Positions 51,379 through 64,000 of a stretch of DNA of 64,000 nucleotides are shown here, one piece after another. The notes under the pieces were generated by a model, which did not search any database, was not told the DNA's origin, and worked only from the letters and a program-made list of their open reading frames with translations. Within the stretch, counting starts at the first letter, position 1. Every line of letters begins with the position of its first letter. The translations under genes and the position numbers were made by a program. Source of the DNA: Hydrolagus colliei (Eukaryota); contig CM068744.1 of NCBI GenBank assembly GCA_035084275.1, forward strand, positions 14,260,001 to 14,324,000, in the 5' to 3' direction.

Positions 51379-53599
51379 ATTGAGGTGTTTAGTTTACTCT
51401 AGCATCCTGAGTTGAGCTACATGTCTGACTGACATTTTAGTACAAATCAAAACATTTTTTCTAAATTTTTAGTTAAAATTCAAAAAAAGCAAAGAAAGTT
51501 GTTGTGCTTATGTTAGTTTTACCTCTTTCACATGTACCTTATCAATTTCATATCTGGATAACTCTACTGAATATTTATCACTGATAAGTCAATAAATGGA
51601 GGAATATATGCAACATATACCAAAGTCCCAGCTCTGATATCCCAAGTTATGGCTTCTCTAGGCAACCTATGTAAAAGATCAATTCTATAATTCTACGAAT
51701 TGAGAATGTGTTGGTATCGGAAAACTTTCTTCATGGCTAACTGAATCCTATACAATCTTCATTCATGGAAGAATCTTATCCTAATACCAAGTTGTGCTTG
51801 TTCTGACTATATAGCTGCTTAGATCTAAACACATCTCTGGTACTGGTAATCTTATAGCATTCACTATGCTGAATGTGATTTCCTGTGGACTGCAATACAA
51901 TCATTCAGTGTTCAAGGAAAGCAACCGCTTATTTCTTATTTTCCAACCTCTGATCCAGAGCATTATAAATCTAACCAAAAGATTGTGAAGGGCACAACTC
52001 AAATTGGCTTTCCTCATCCCACCACTCACAGTCAAATGTGACATTTGTTCCATATGTCTGTGTGGTACAATGAACAAATAAATAGTGTATTTTACAGTCA
52101 ATATCACAATGAACAAAATGATTTTATTTTGTTCAACCAGGTATCTGACATCCATGCAAAACCATCACCAATCTAAACCACTTTGAAAATTCCATGTATG
52201 TCACCTACATTTGGAAATTCCCATGACTGGATCAGAATGTGTGCACCCTTTCCAGAGGAGTGCACCACCTTGCCTGTATAACTGCGGAGGCTGACAGAAG
52301 ATTGTTCTGACATTCCATTGCCAAAATGTTACTTGAAGTCAGTTCCATTTCAGGAAGATACCATTTACCTCCCCCTTCCTCCAGAGGATAGTCACTAGTT
52401 GGTCATTTAATATCCAACAAGCACATATATGAGTCCTCTCTGGATGGATGGCTAAGTGAACACAGAACACATTGCTGTGAATGTTTTTTACAGCGAGATG
52501 TACAAACGCCAAAAGTAACAGATTGCAAAAACATTTAGGCATATGGACTTGTGTTTATTTTTTAAGTATGATGTGCCTCAAAATGCCTCACAAAAATTAG
52601 TTATTTTTGCTGCTGATAGTTTGTACAGAAAAATTGTTTCGGTTAAATTTAATCCAAAATACTGAAATCTAAGTTTGGTATTCATTCAAATACCTAGGGT
52701 TTTATTTGCTAAGATCCACTATCTTTCTGATCATACATACTGATAATGCACATTCTTGAAAAAAGTTAAGGATTATTATTCTTGTTGTAATTGTTTTCAG
52801 AAATTCTATACCTATAATAACTGATATTAATTTCTAATATTAACCATATATTTCACACATTACACTCCTGGTTACTGGATAACTGAGAAACCAATAATCT
52901 GACTCACAACTCAAAGCACAAACCAGTCAACCTCAAAAATGTGCAAATTGCACTTAAGAACTCCATTGCAAATTGAACCAGGGAATTAATTACAAGTAAA
53001 GAACAAAGAATAGACCCATGAGTCTTGTACTTCAATTAAACTTTCAATTCTCTGGTACATTAAATCACAGTATTCTCTTTTATTTCAACCAATAACACCT
53101 CACCAACTGGACACTAATTTGTGCGTGTTAAACATTCCATCTTATGCGTGATACAATAAGACTGGTGTTTGTTTATTGTCAACAGCAAAATCCAAATTAG
53201 CCAATATGTCACTAATGCAGATTTTTTTAAAAATGGAATTGATTTATGTACATTTGCTGGCATTTGGTTCAAATCTTCAAGGTGGTCACCAGGAGGGTAC
53301 TTGTGAATACAATGAATTTTATATGCATCTAAAAGTTAGAAATTGGTTAAATTTGAAATATTTGTAATTCAAACACATTATCTTGAAATCCCATATGCTC
53401 TATTGCAAACAAACCCTTTGGGAGTAAAACATCTCAGTGTATTAACTCAATGGATAAGTGAATCCCCAAGCCGAAACTCCTTTGCAAATACAACCACATT
53501 TCAAAGGCCTAAATCTGAAAACTGTTTATATAGAGTTGGTTTGTTGTGATGTGATTCTTTTTTAACTGGCCTCTGATGAATTGATCAGGAAAAACAGCT

Positions 53600-53955
53600 A
53601 TGTGGAATTGCCTTCGAGTCAGGTTTTGTGGGTTTAAGCCTTATATTGGAACGCTGAGCTCCTAGTCTTGGCTGACACTCCTGTACAATCTGGGGAAAGG
53701 CAGCATTATCAGAGATGTTGTCTTTTAGATGAGATACAAAACAGAAATACTGTCTCCCTGTTTAGCTGGATTTCATTAAAGATTTAATGGATCTATTTGA
53801 AAATTGAAGGGAATTTCTCCCAGCCAACAATCTTTCAGATAAAAGATCATTCACGTTTTGGTTGTGTAGGGGATTTATTTTAGGATAATAATAATAATAA
53901 TCCTTGCATTTGATACAGTGCTTTTCACGTCTTCTAAATGTCTCAAAGCGCTTCG
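53600..53955. mobile_element. Ancient Deu-SINE (plus) truncated by a young SINE tail (minus, about 53886-53955)
   Basis: GGCTGACACTCC...GCATTATCAGAGATGTTGTCTTTTAGATGAGA...CTATTTGAA resembles the Deu domain. Confidence 0.7.
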
Positions 53956-54302
53956 GATGTCTGACACATGTGGAACCCATCATCATGCTTAAGAATATCT
54001 CTCTTATACATGGACATTCCAGAGATTCTTATTCTAATCGAATGCACAGTCCAAATCCTGCTGTAGAGGCAGACTGTCTGTGGTGTCATGAGCAGTGCCC
54101 TGGAATACTGCGGGCTCATCTAGCTCAGGAACTGGACTAGAGATCACCACAGAAGATTGACTTGATTCTAATATTCTGTTGCCAAACATTTTACCTTAGA
54201 GCCAGTCCAGCTCCAAGGAGACCACCTTTACCTTCCCTCTCTCTCTCAATCCCAGGAGTCACTAATTTATCATTTGTTATCCAAAAAGTGCAGGTTTAGG
54301 AG

Positions 54303-55470
54303 TAATAATAATTGATGCATTTGATATAGCGCTTTATCGCATCTTGGAAACAACTCAAAGCACTTCACTGAATATACTTCCCTCTCTCTCTCTCTCTCTC
54401 TGTGATAATGGATCCCTGTGCATCCTTGTCTTTCTGGGTCTCTCTGCCATGTTCAACACAGTCGACTAGGCCATCCTCATCCACTGCCTCTCCTCTCTCA
54501 TCCACCTCAGTGGGATCGCACTAGCCTGGTTTGAGTCCTACCTTCCTACCTACTTTCACTTTGCCTAATGAAATGATATCTCCCCATGTCCTCACACAGT
54601 CACTTGCGAGGTACCTCAGGCATCCATTCTTGGCCCCCTCCTCTTCCTCATCTATATGCTTCCTCTTGGCAATGTCATTCACAGACACGGGGTAAACTTC
54701 CACATGTATGCAGTTGATGTACTTCTCCTCCTCCAGCTGTGACTCCACATCTCCCAATGTTCTTTTCAGCGGCTTTTCTGTAGAAATCGGAGCCTGGAGG
54801 AGCACAAAGTCCTTAAGACCTAAACGTTGACAAGATGAAAGCCATAAATCTTGGTTCCCATCAACGTCTTCAGTCTTATGGCTCTAACCTCCTCAACTTC
54901 CCTGGGCTATTCCTCAGACTCAGAGAACCAGTGCATAACCTAAACGTTGTGTTCGACCCCGAGCTGTCCTTCCTTCCCCACATCTGGCCCTGACTAGGAC
55001 CACCTTCCACTGCTTCTGCCACATTGCTCAACTCCGACTTTAGCCCAGATACAGCTGAAACACTGCGTTTGTCACCTCCCAACTCAACTTTTCAAATGCC
55101 CTCTTCGCCAGTCTGCCAAGCTCCACCATATACAGGATTCAGCTGATCCAAAACTCTGCTGACCACATACGAAACTCTGCACCTCCATCATAGCAGTCAT
55201 AGACCAATTCCATGTCTCTGAATGGATAATTTCACAATCCTCACACGTATTTGCAAATCCCTTCATCACTTGGCACACCCCTACCTCTCAGACATGCTTA
55301 GTCCCCAACCCACTACCTGCTGCTTCCACTCGACTGGCTCCGGCCTTCTGCATGTCCCTCCATGCCACCATCATTGGTCATACTTTCGCCACTGCTCCCT
55401 GAAACTCTGGAACAGTCTTACTCTATTGCTCGCTCTTGCCTCTTCCTTCCCCATCTTCAGGTTGGTATCT
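54303..55470. mobile_element. SINE tail (minus) and decayed L2 RT fragment (plus, about 54405-55470)
   Basis: Traces of L2 RT motifs: VPQ..ILGPLLFLIYM, YA.D and KLWNSL. Confidence 0.82.
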
Positions 55471-55796
55471 ATGTGAGATATAACCACAATAAATTAGTTG
55501 TCACATTCACCTACAAAAATCAGTCAATATGCTTTACAGTACAATCCTATATCAAATGCAAGAATTAAAAATTAAAAGATAATGGGATGAATTATAGACA
55601 TTACTAATATATTAATAGACCTACAAGTGAACTTATTTTTATAATGCCCAAATAAATGAACATTTATAAAGTCACTGTCTTAAAGAACCAGTGTAAACAT
55701 CATTTTTTCCTGTTTGAAAAGACAGAAAAGCCACACCTCCTGATCAAAAACGCAGGAGTGACAATAGGCTCCCGTTCATAAGGTTACATTATTGAA

Positions 55797-57058
55797 CCCT
55801 CCCTCTGGAATACCATCCCGCAGTCCATCTGCCTCGACCCATCCCTTGCCTCCTTCAAGACCCACCTTAAGGCCCTCCTCTTTGACTGGGCTTTTGATCA
55901 ACCTCCTTGTCCTCCACCCTCCCCAATCCCTACACTCTGCTCACATCCGGAATACTATCTGTCCAGCGCCTTGGGACATCCTCCTGATATAAAAGGAGCT
56001 ATACAAATCTAATTTTTTTGTTGTCGTTGAATTGTCCAAACAAATTAAATTACTTTTCTCACAAAAACACATTCCTCTTTTACATACTTGTTTGAATAAA
56101 CTAATTAATTAGCAACAGACAGATAAAATTGATCCATGTGTGCTCTTTGATGGGAGTGATTTTGCTTCATATTATTGCAAGATTTCTAATCGGGAAATGC
56201 CTTTCAGCTATTATTCTAGAATGTCTGTTTTTTTTAATAAATTGGTATGGTAGTCATTAGAATATACAACTACAAGTTTTTATATCTTAGCCTGAATACA
56301 AACAATGCATTCCATTAGTGGATATGGATGATTTTGCTTTATAGTGTAACATTTCCTTATAAATGCCATTCATGTGATGTGAGCTAGTGGTACATTATAA
56401 ATAGAATGCTGTTGCAAAAATTTGTTGGTTTTGAGTGCTGAACCTTTCATGTGCCATATTTCTTTTGCAAAGCAAGTCGTGTAAGAAAGGTATTTCTTTT
56501 TCGAGCACACTCCTGGGGAAACTACATATAATTTATAAAGCATTCATGTTCAGTAGAGTAACCTTTGGGCAGCTCATGACTCTTGCTGTTCATGAAGCTC
56601 AGCAAATCAATCCATATGGAGCTACATTTTATCGCAATTTAGCCCTTTAACAAGCAGAAATTGAGCCCCCATAAGAAAATATACTGGTCACCAGTCCAGA
56701 TGTGTTGAGTGAAAAAAGGTGCTGAGACCTTGCCATTGTAAAGGAGCTACCAGTCATGAAGAAATCTATATCTGCCTCAAGTTCGCCAGAGATCTGTGTG
56801 AAGTGTCTTTTGATTTCAGATTGGGATCTACATTGTGAAATGTTTTTAATCATAAATAGCAAAACCTTCTGGCTACTGGAAATGTATCATGTCAACCCAA
56901 GAGAACTATAATAAATATTAATAATCCTTGCATTTGATATGGCGCTTTTCACATCTTCTCGACATCTCAAAGCGCTTCACAGAATATACTGTAATGTGAA
57001 TTGACTGTAAATTTGTCGGCGAAACACGGTAGCCAGTTGGGCACAGCCAATTACGCAG
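55797..57058. mobile_element. L2 3' end (plus, about 55797-56028) and SINE fragment (minus, about 56918-57058)
   Basis: Tail and body motifs. The intervening DNA is unique. Confidence 0.75.
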
Positions 57059-60000
57059 TATACTCAGTATGCAAGGGTGTCTAGGAGTGGAATTCCCATT
57101 GGTTAGCATGACTGTTGTTTCAATTAAAATCAGAAAAGTACCTGATTTAATGATTTCCAGTGCTAGAGTTTCTCATCCTCTTATACAGGCTGTTGGAATA
57201 TTCATTAAGACATCATAAAATGACTAGAATGCCCCATGAGGTGAAAGCATTCGGACATTCATAACCACAACCAGAATAGCGCTGGTTTTAGAAAGTCATG
57301 AAAAGTAATTTGTAATCATGTGACACTGTCAGTAATTGTGACCTTGGAGATCCTCAACATCCCTAGACATGTATCATCTGTATGCAGACCCTTTAAATGA
57401 TTTGAAACTCTAATGTGGAAATTTAATTGGATTGCCTTTCTTCCACAACCCCCTACAAACACACACAGTTAGCCACTTTAATTATTTCAGTGGGTGGTTC
57501 ACTAATATATATCCATATATTATAAAATGCCAGTGATAATTATTAAACCACATGCCACAATTGTTTTATTCCTATGTTGCAAACTGGTAGCTCTGTTCTC
57601 TAAAAGACAACTGACTCAACACTGATTTTTATTCCTATGGCCTATCAGTGCTATTTGTAACATATGTCCTCTTACATCCTTTTGGATTCCTATGCTAATT
57701 TCTGTGCAGAAAGACCAATACATTCAGATACTTTGTCTTTTTATACCCCACAACCCGCAAAAAACCTATTGCTTTTATTTGATATATTAACATAGTAGTA
57801 GCTCAATTTACAGTTATTTACAGTTTATCTACTTCACCTACAGTTTCTTCCATTTCATTCTGCTGCAATTAGAAATTCTTCACACTTGCTCCTAACCATG
57901 CAGTTACCAGCATGAGATCAGATGTTGAGAAGCTACTCATGAAGCCATCTGCCCTGCCAGGCTGGAATATTCACCCCTTGCACAGTCTATTCTCTCAGAG
58001 AGAAGATATAAACACATTTTATTGTCAAATATAGCAGACTTTAGCTAACATTCAGTGAACTCCTAAATTAAATACTGTCATATCTGCTTCAAGGGTCATT
58101 GTTCACAGTATGAACAACATAGCAGTGTGTTGAACTGTGCACTGTTCTTAGCACTGTGAATAATGGTGTGTTTAATATATGGTACAACAGCAGAAATTTG
58201 CTTTGTGTTATGATAGGCATCTCCATTATAGATGTTTTCAGTGTGTGGTGCATAAAGGTTATTTACATCAAAATCTTTAATCCAGACAGCCAGTTGGCTA
58301 TCTCTGCAGGAGATACCAACTGGTAGAGACCTATTAAGCAGCAGGAGGAAACTGAACAATTTTCTGAGTGGAAAGCTTACACGCTATTGCTTGCTGGTTG
58401 TGTGGATAAGCAGGTGAATGATGACTGATGTATCCAGCAAAACTGCAGCTGTGCTGTTATTAGCTTCATCTGCTGGTCCTTCAGGATATTGACTGAGTAT
58501 AGTGAAGGAAAGATATCTTGAACCACCTGCTGCTGAATTTCCATTAGCACATTTGACTTGTTATTGTGATCACAAAGGACCTTTCAAAACATTTATCTGA
58601 AATTGCAAAATGCTTATGGCATGGCTCAGTTTCCAATGTTTTTATCCTCATTATATTTATTGTTTGAGCGAATGTACTTCTAATCATAGCTTTGATACAT
58701 CCAAATATAATTTGTTATAACCCAAGAAAATCAAGCACCTTGAGATAGTATAGTGGCCCATGAAGCAGTTTGAAAATGATTTGAATGTGCCCTAGATTTG
58801 CTTCAGCCTGGATCAGTCAGTGCAGTAGTACTCTCAACAATAACAAATAACATTTGTACAGCGTCTTTAACATCAGGAGGAGTTCCCAAAGTGCTGTTCT
58901 CGCCTGTGAGTCATAAGGCTTATACGTATTCTGTAATTAATATGTTGAATACCATCTGAAATCTTTATAGAATAAGAACTTATTCTTGGTAAGTTTATAA
59001 AGTAATAAATTATGTTGGTTCAAGTAGCACATCAGGACATTGAATACACTTGCTGCCATTCCAGGGCAGTGCTGGGGATGTGCTAGATTGATCATTCAAT
59101 TCATGGCTGTTCGTAGGACACTGCTGGGTGCAGTTGAAAACTGAAAGCTAACCCATCGATTAATGATACATTATGCTAACTCACAGTCTGTACCACTGTG
59201 GAATCTTGGAAGTCTTCAAGTTTCCTTGAGACTCGGATAGGAGCTAACATATATTTTAGGAGTCACCCGATTGCCAAGAATTTTAGAATCTTTCTTTTAC
59301 ATATTATATTTAATTGGGTTCATTAAATTTCTTCCCAGCAATGCCATTACCAAAACTCAAGCTGCTCATGTCCACATTTACCTCAGGGTTCATCCAACTG
59401 CTAAACCAACCAGCAATACCATCTATAATATTCATGGACTAGTTTTCATTGGGAATAAGTTGGTCAGAAGCACATCACACATAGCTCAGTGTGGAAGGTA
59501 ATCCTCTTAGATAACAGGACAGAATCTGACATTTTCTTTCATCTGTAAATACTTTTGTTCAGCTTATTAAATACAATTGAGAACATGAACAGGATTTATC
59601 TCAATTGGGTCTATTTTGTGTGATTTCCAAAACAATAGGGTCTAATTTGTGGCATTCTGTAACAGGATTACATAAGAAATCGGATTTGGGCATATGGGCA
59701 TTTATTACTAAAATATGTTTAGCTAACCTGAGGGAATGCTACTCCATCACCATTTACTTCTGGAACAGAGTTCACACATATCAGGCCTCTAATGGCAAAT
59801 CATATTGTAAACATGCAATAAAATTAATCAGCAATGTTTGCAAACATGGCATGATAGACCCAAGTGTATTTTTCTTTAGCTACAAGTTGTTTTTCATTTA
59901 CAACTGAAATCCCTTCACTTCTAACATTACCAATCCCGATGCCTCACATACCAGTAAAACATCAGACCCCCAGAAGCTGCCAGTGTGGTGTCTGCCTGTC

Positions 60001-60383
60001 AGATTCTCCATCCACACAACTCAATGTGCTTGTATAAAACAGTGTTAAGAAAGACACACGTATAAGTAGTTGAAATTATTTTTGACTTTACATAATACCA
60101 AGGCAGCACATTTTACAAAAATCTGAGGGAGATACTTAAAAACAACTTAACTTATCACAGCACATTAAATCTATCTGAGCATATAAAGTACATTTGGTAA
60201 TGAAAGACCTCATTGCATTGCTGTAATACCATGTGACTAGGTGGTTGAGTTGTGACACTGGTTATTTTATTGAATGATTTGATGGTAGATATTCTCAATT
60301 GCATGTCATAAAACTCGCAATGAATGTAAAATTACTCATGTGTTTAAATGAATATACTGTATATATATCTATATATATATATA

Positions 60384-60767
60384 CCGAAAAACCCCATTTA
60401 TCCGGCACCCTCTGGGGGTCGACTAATTGACTGTGTCGGATAATCGGGTGGCAAATTGCCAAAAACCCAACACAAAAAATTTACTTATTTTAAAACATAC
60501 CATATTAATAATATACTAAATAGTAACAGAATATTGTATGGATACTGACCAATAAAGATTCCAGCATACTCGGTAAAATAATCGGTAAAAAAGCATTTTC
60601 TACCAATCGGTAAAAACCCAGAGTTCGTAAGTTTAATAAGTGCACATGTGCATGCATTGCGTGCATGCGCAAAGTGAGCATACTCGCGATTGCTGGAATG
60701 GGGAATTGCCCCGGGTGGGGGTCGAGCAATCCAGTTGATTGGGTCATGGATAAACAGGCTTTTACTG
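60384..60767. mobile_element. Tc1/mariner (Tigger-like) MITE in a (TA)n site
   Basis: Right end GGATAAACAGGCTTTTACTG|TA. Left end ...TTTATCCGGCACCCTC is shared with 32742ff. Confidence 0.8.
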
Positions 60768-60959
60768 TATATACATTATATATATTTATAGTCAGCGATA
60801 GATCCTTCTTAGTAACCTGTATCAGTCGTAAGAAAATGTTTCCCCTTTTTTGTACCCACTGGCAGCATTGAATATTTGAAGGTAAAGTAGTAAACTCACA
60901 ACCTCATTACCCTTTAAACAAGTGCTGAGTGAATTTCTCATTTAATCTCAACTTTCCAG

Positions 60960-61230
60960 AATATCCAGTTTATTCTCCTCCCATCATGGCATCCAACTTT
61001 TTAAATGAGACAAGTGTCCTGGTCTCAAAGACCCTTCCTGGTAACCTGTTCCAATGTGAATTACCCTCTGAGTAAAGAAAAAATTCCTGGTATCAGTCCT
61101 GAAATTGCTTTTAGCAACCCTAAACCTGTGTCCTCTGCAACCCCAAATCTGTTCCGTCCTGTTCTGCTGACTCGATATATCCCAATTTATGTTCTGGCTT
61201 TGGTTTCTCGATTCCATTTAAGATCTTGCA
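60960..61230 (-). mobile_element. Decayed CR1 fragment
   Basis: Peptide RGHRFRVAKSNFRTDTRNFFFTQRVI. Confidence 0.8.
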
Positions 61231-61874
61231 TTCTTCTACAATGTGACAGCCAACAGTGGCATCGCTAATGGAGTACTCGGACTCAGCTGCACAGTTTAAT
61301 AGATTTTTCATCACAGCCATGAAAAATCGGGTCCAATTTCTGACATTTGCAAAATAAAAGTCAGTGGACAGCGTTAATTTTAATTGGAAGTCTGAATGGT
61401 TGATATTGAGGTCAGGGATTTCTGAAAGCCACACAAGTCTGCAAAAGGCTGGGCAGCAAGACAGACAGCTATTGGGAGATGGTGTTTTATTCTCAGTCCT
61501 TTATTTCATCTTTGCAAGCTCCCTTTTAAGTTTAAAATTTAATGTGTTATATTAATCATGTTCACCTGCCGAAATCCATCAGCATGACCCTAAAAATTAT
61601 TTTTATGTTTTACTGAAATAATTCATTGCTTTTTCTTCAATTACTGTGCTGTGAAATGAACATACCCAGCAAATTAATCCTATTTCAAGATTGGATTTAA
61701 GGACACTTTAACTGATCACTGCATGGTGGCAACAATAAACAAAGACCAAAAATCAACAAATGATTCACTACCATAATATCACTTTCTCACTCAGACCTGA
61801 CATTAACTCCTATGTTCTTAACACAGAGAGATGGGGATAGAATAGGGCAATGACAAATGTAATTTATTCCCTGA

Positions 61875-62530
61875 TATCCACATGGTGGGACTTCAAATTC
61901 CAGTCCAAACTCTTGCAAAAACTCTGCTGCAGATCTGGGAGAAGGTTACATTGTTGGAGGTGCCATCTTTAGGTTACAATAATAATAATAATCCTTGCTT
62001 TTGATATAGCGCTTTCCACATCTTATCAACGTCCCAAAGCGCTTCACAGAATATACTGTAAAGTGAATTGACTGTATATATTTGTGGGCGAATCGCGGCA
62101 GCCAATTGCTCACAGCAGTGTCCCACACACAGTCGTGGATTGAAATGACCAATTTTATTATTGTGTTTTTTTGGAGGGGTTATTATTAGGCATGTGGAGT
62201 AAGGAAACTTGCCCAAGGTTTCGCCCTAACCTGCCTGGATTCGAACACAGGTCTCCCCAACTTGGTTTCCCCAGCTTGCAAGACAAATGCTCTAACCATT
62301 GAGCCACAGGAGGAGGTTGATATGTTAAACAGAGATCTCTGTCAAAGTGGAATTTATATCCATAGCACTAGTTGAAAACAGAAGGGACTTTCTCTTCCTA
62401 TCTTGGCCAACCAGAAAAAATCCCTTAAAAAAATGGATAATTTACTTCATTACATGTTTGTGGACTATCACAGTTCATAAAATAGCTGCAACATTCCCCT
62501 GGAAAATACCCAGTCATTGAACCCTCATAA
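61875..62530. mobile_element. Ancient Deu-SINE (plus) split by a young full-length antisense SINE (61978-62310)
   Basis: CATTGTTGGAGGTGCCATCTTT lies before the insert, and GTTAAAC...CATAGCACTAGTTGAA...TTGGCCAA lies after it. Confidence 0.8.
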
Positions 62531-64000
62531 AATGTCAGAATTGTCAAAAACCCTTGAACAAAGGGACACACAATCAAATTAAGAAAAGAGGTGAGCAGAG
62601 AGTTTGGGTTTCCTAATCCTACACATAGAGAGGCAAATAATAATCACTTTACTTGATAGTAATATCTTTGAAGCTCTTTGAGGTCTTTCAACATTATAGG
62701 ATAATATCCAATGCAAGGATTATCATTAATTTACTACTGGAAGTGAACATTTATATTGTAAAACTATGCTTTATTCTTTTGTATATGCCATTTGTCTATA
62801 TGCATTATGTGTCTAGACAACATATGCCATTCCTCAAACAATGGTGGATAACCTACTGATTCCATGTTGCTAACTTGATTCTGCAACTCCTTATTTTTAG
62901 ATATCTGGTAATGACAGGCTGACTCAGGTTTTCTGCTTTCCTTTGAGGAAACTACTTAACCATTAAATTGAACATCTACTGATGACAGGGCTGCAATTGG
63001 ACACTCAATGGGTGTGACTCTCTTTATTGAGTAAGAATGAAAGATTTTGGTTAGTGTGAGGGCTGAGTAAGAATAAGAGAGAAAGTGTGGCCAATGGATA
63101 AGGAATCCCAAGAAAAAACAGTACAGTGTTTCGGATCTTCAGATTACTGCCTAGAAAACCTATTCTAATATGTGATATTTTCTGGTGGATTTAGAGTAAA
63201 TATTCCACAAAGAAAAAAAAGATTAAACATGGATTTTCCATGGCATATAAATAAATATATGAAGAATGAAACCTGTTTATCTACATCAGTAATTTGTCCA
63301 AGAAGTAGCACTGATGGAGCTTATGTTTTCATAATTCACTTATAATAACATAATAACACTGTAGAATGTGCTGTAGGTCATAGATACTAATGAATTATTG
63401 TTTCTGGTTTCTTTGCATTCTGATTCTTTTTAACACATTTCTTTATACCAACTAATATCTGTGTACAGACTGAAATCACAAACTGCTTGTCTCATACCAC
63501 CTGTGGAAAAAAATCATTAACAAGAGTAATTGTCACTGTTTGGCCATTGTAGCTGTGGGCAAAGTACTAATGAGTGAATGACTGTGTAAGGCAGGCACTT
63601 GATCACTCTGGTGCTTTAAAGGATCTGTTCAGTGGCAGCTCTACATGGTTCATTTGATGTTTCTTTTCATTCTTTTCCGTGTTGAATCAGTGGGACAATT
63701 TATGCAGAAGCAATATTTTGTGCTGTTTTTAAAAAATGGTGTGAAATGATCCATACCGAAAAAGGTGAATTAATTAATGGTGTGACAAACAATTTGACAC
63801 GATTTGAAGACCTGTATTTCCAAGAAATTAGTAGTTTAGGCTTCCCCTGCTCTGGGGATCAAACTCTGGGAGTCTGTGCTTATTTGTCTGTTTTTGTTGC
63901 TAGCCTTTCAAAGGCTACAATCCAAAATTGGTTATTCTTTGAAGTTGTTAGTCTGGCACTCAGTGACAAACGAAATTAATGATGCTCTTTCACTTGTTTG

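Noticed and set aside
53573-53595. Second hammerhead-like CTGATGA...GAAA
   Set aside because: There is no stable helix II and no helix I or III pairing.
42626-64000. Further TRDN exons
   Set aside because: A scan by eye found no match to the exon 2 transmembrane peptide. Small divergent exons cannot be excluded without alignment.

Overview
This is vertebrate nuclear genomic DNA, not prokaryotic. The repeat content (abundant L2 and CR1 LINEs, Deu-domain SINEs, a shark-type Penelope-associated motif) suggests a cartilaginous fish, but that is inference. The window spans two divergently oriented genes, each represented only by its first coding exon. NKAIN2 exon 1 lies on the minus strand (504..451, MGCCSGRCTLIFVCSLQL followed by a GTAAGT donor). 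Triadin (TRDN) exon 1 lies on the plus strand (42604..42625, MTESTTE-G followed by a GT donor) and is absent from the ORF track. This head-to-head arrangement matches the known human one. The rest is about 42 kb of intergenic DNA and about 21 kb of TRDN intron 1. It is filled with truncated LINEs, a modular SINE family, non-autonomous DNA transposons with visible TIRs/TSDs, and tandem repeats. The most notable observations are a minimal hammerhead-ribozyme motif (35956-35992), a foldback-type MITE carrying telomere-like hexamers, an AUG-free minisatellite between the NKAIN2 CpG island and its start codon, an unclassified dispersed repeat, and an E-box cluster in TRDN intron 1. I found no evidence of a new multi-gene system. 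Repeat boundaries are approximate unless a TSD or TIR is quoted.
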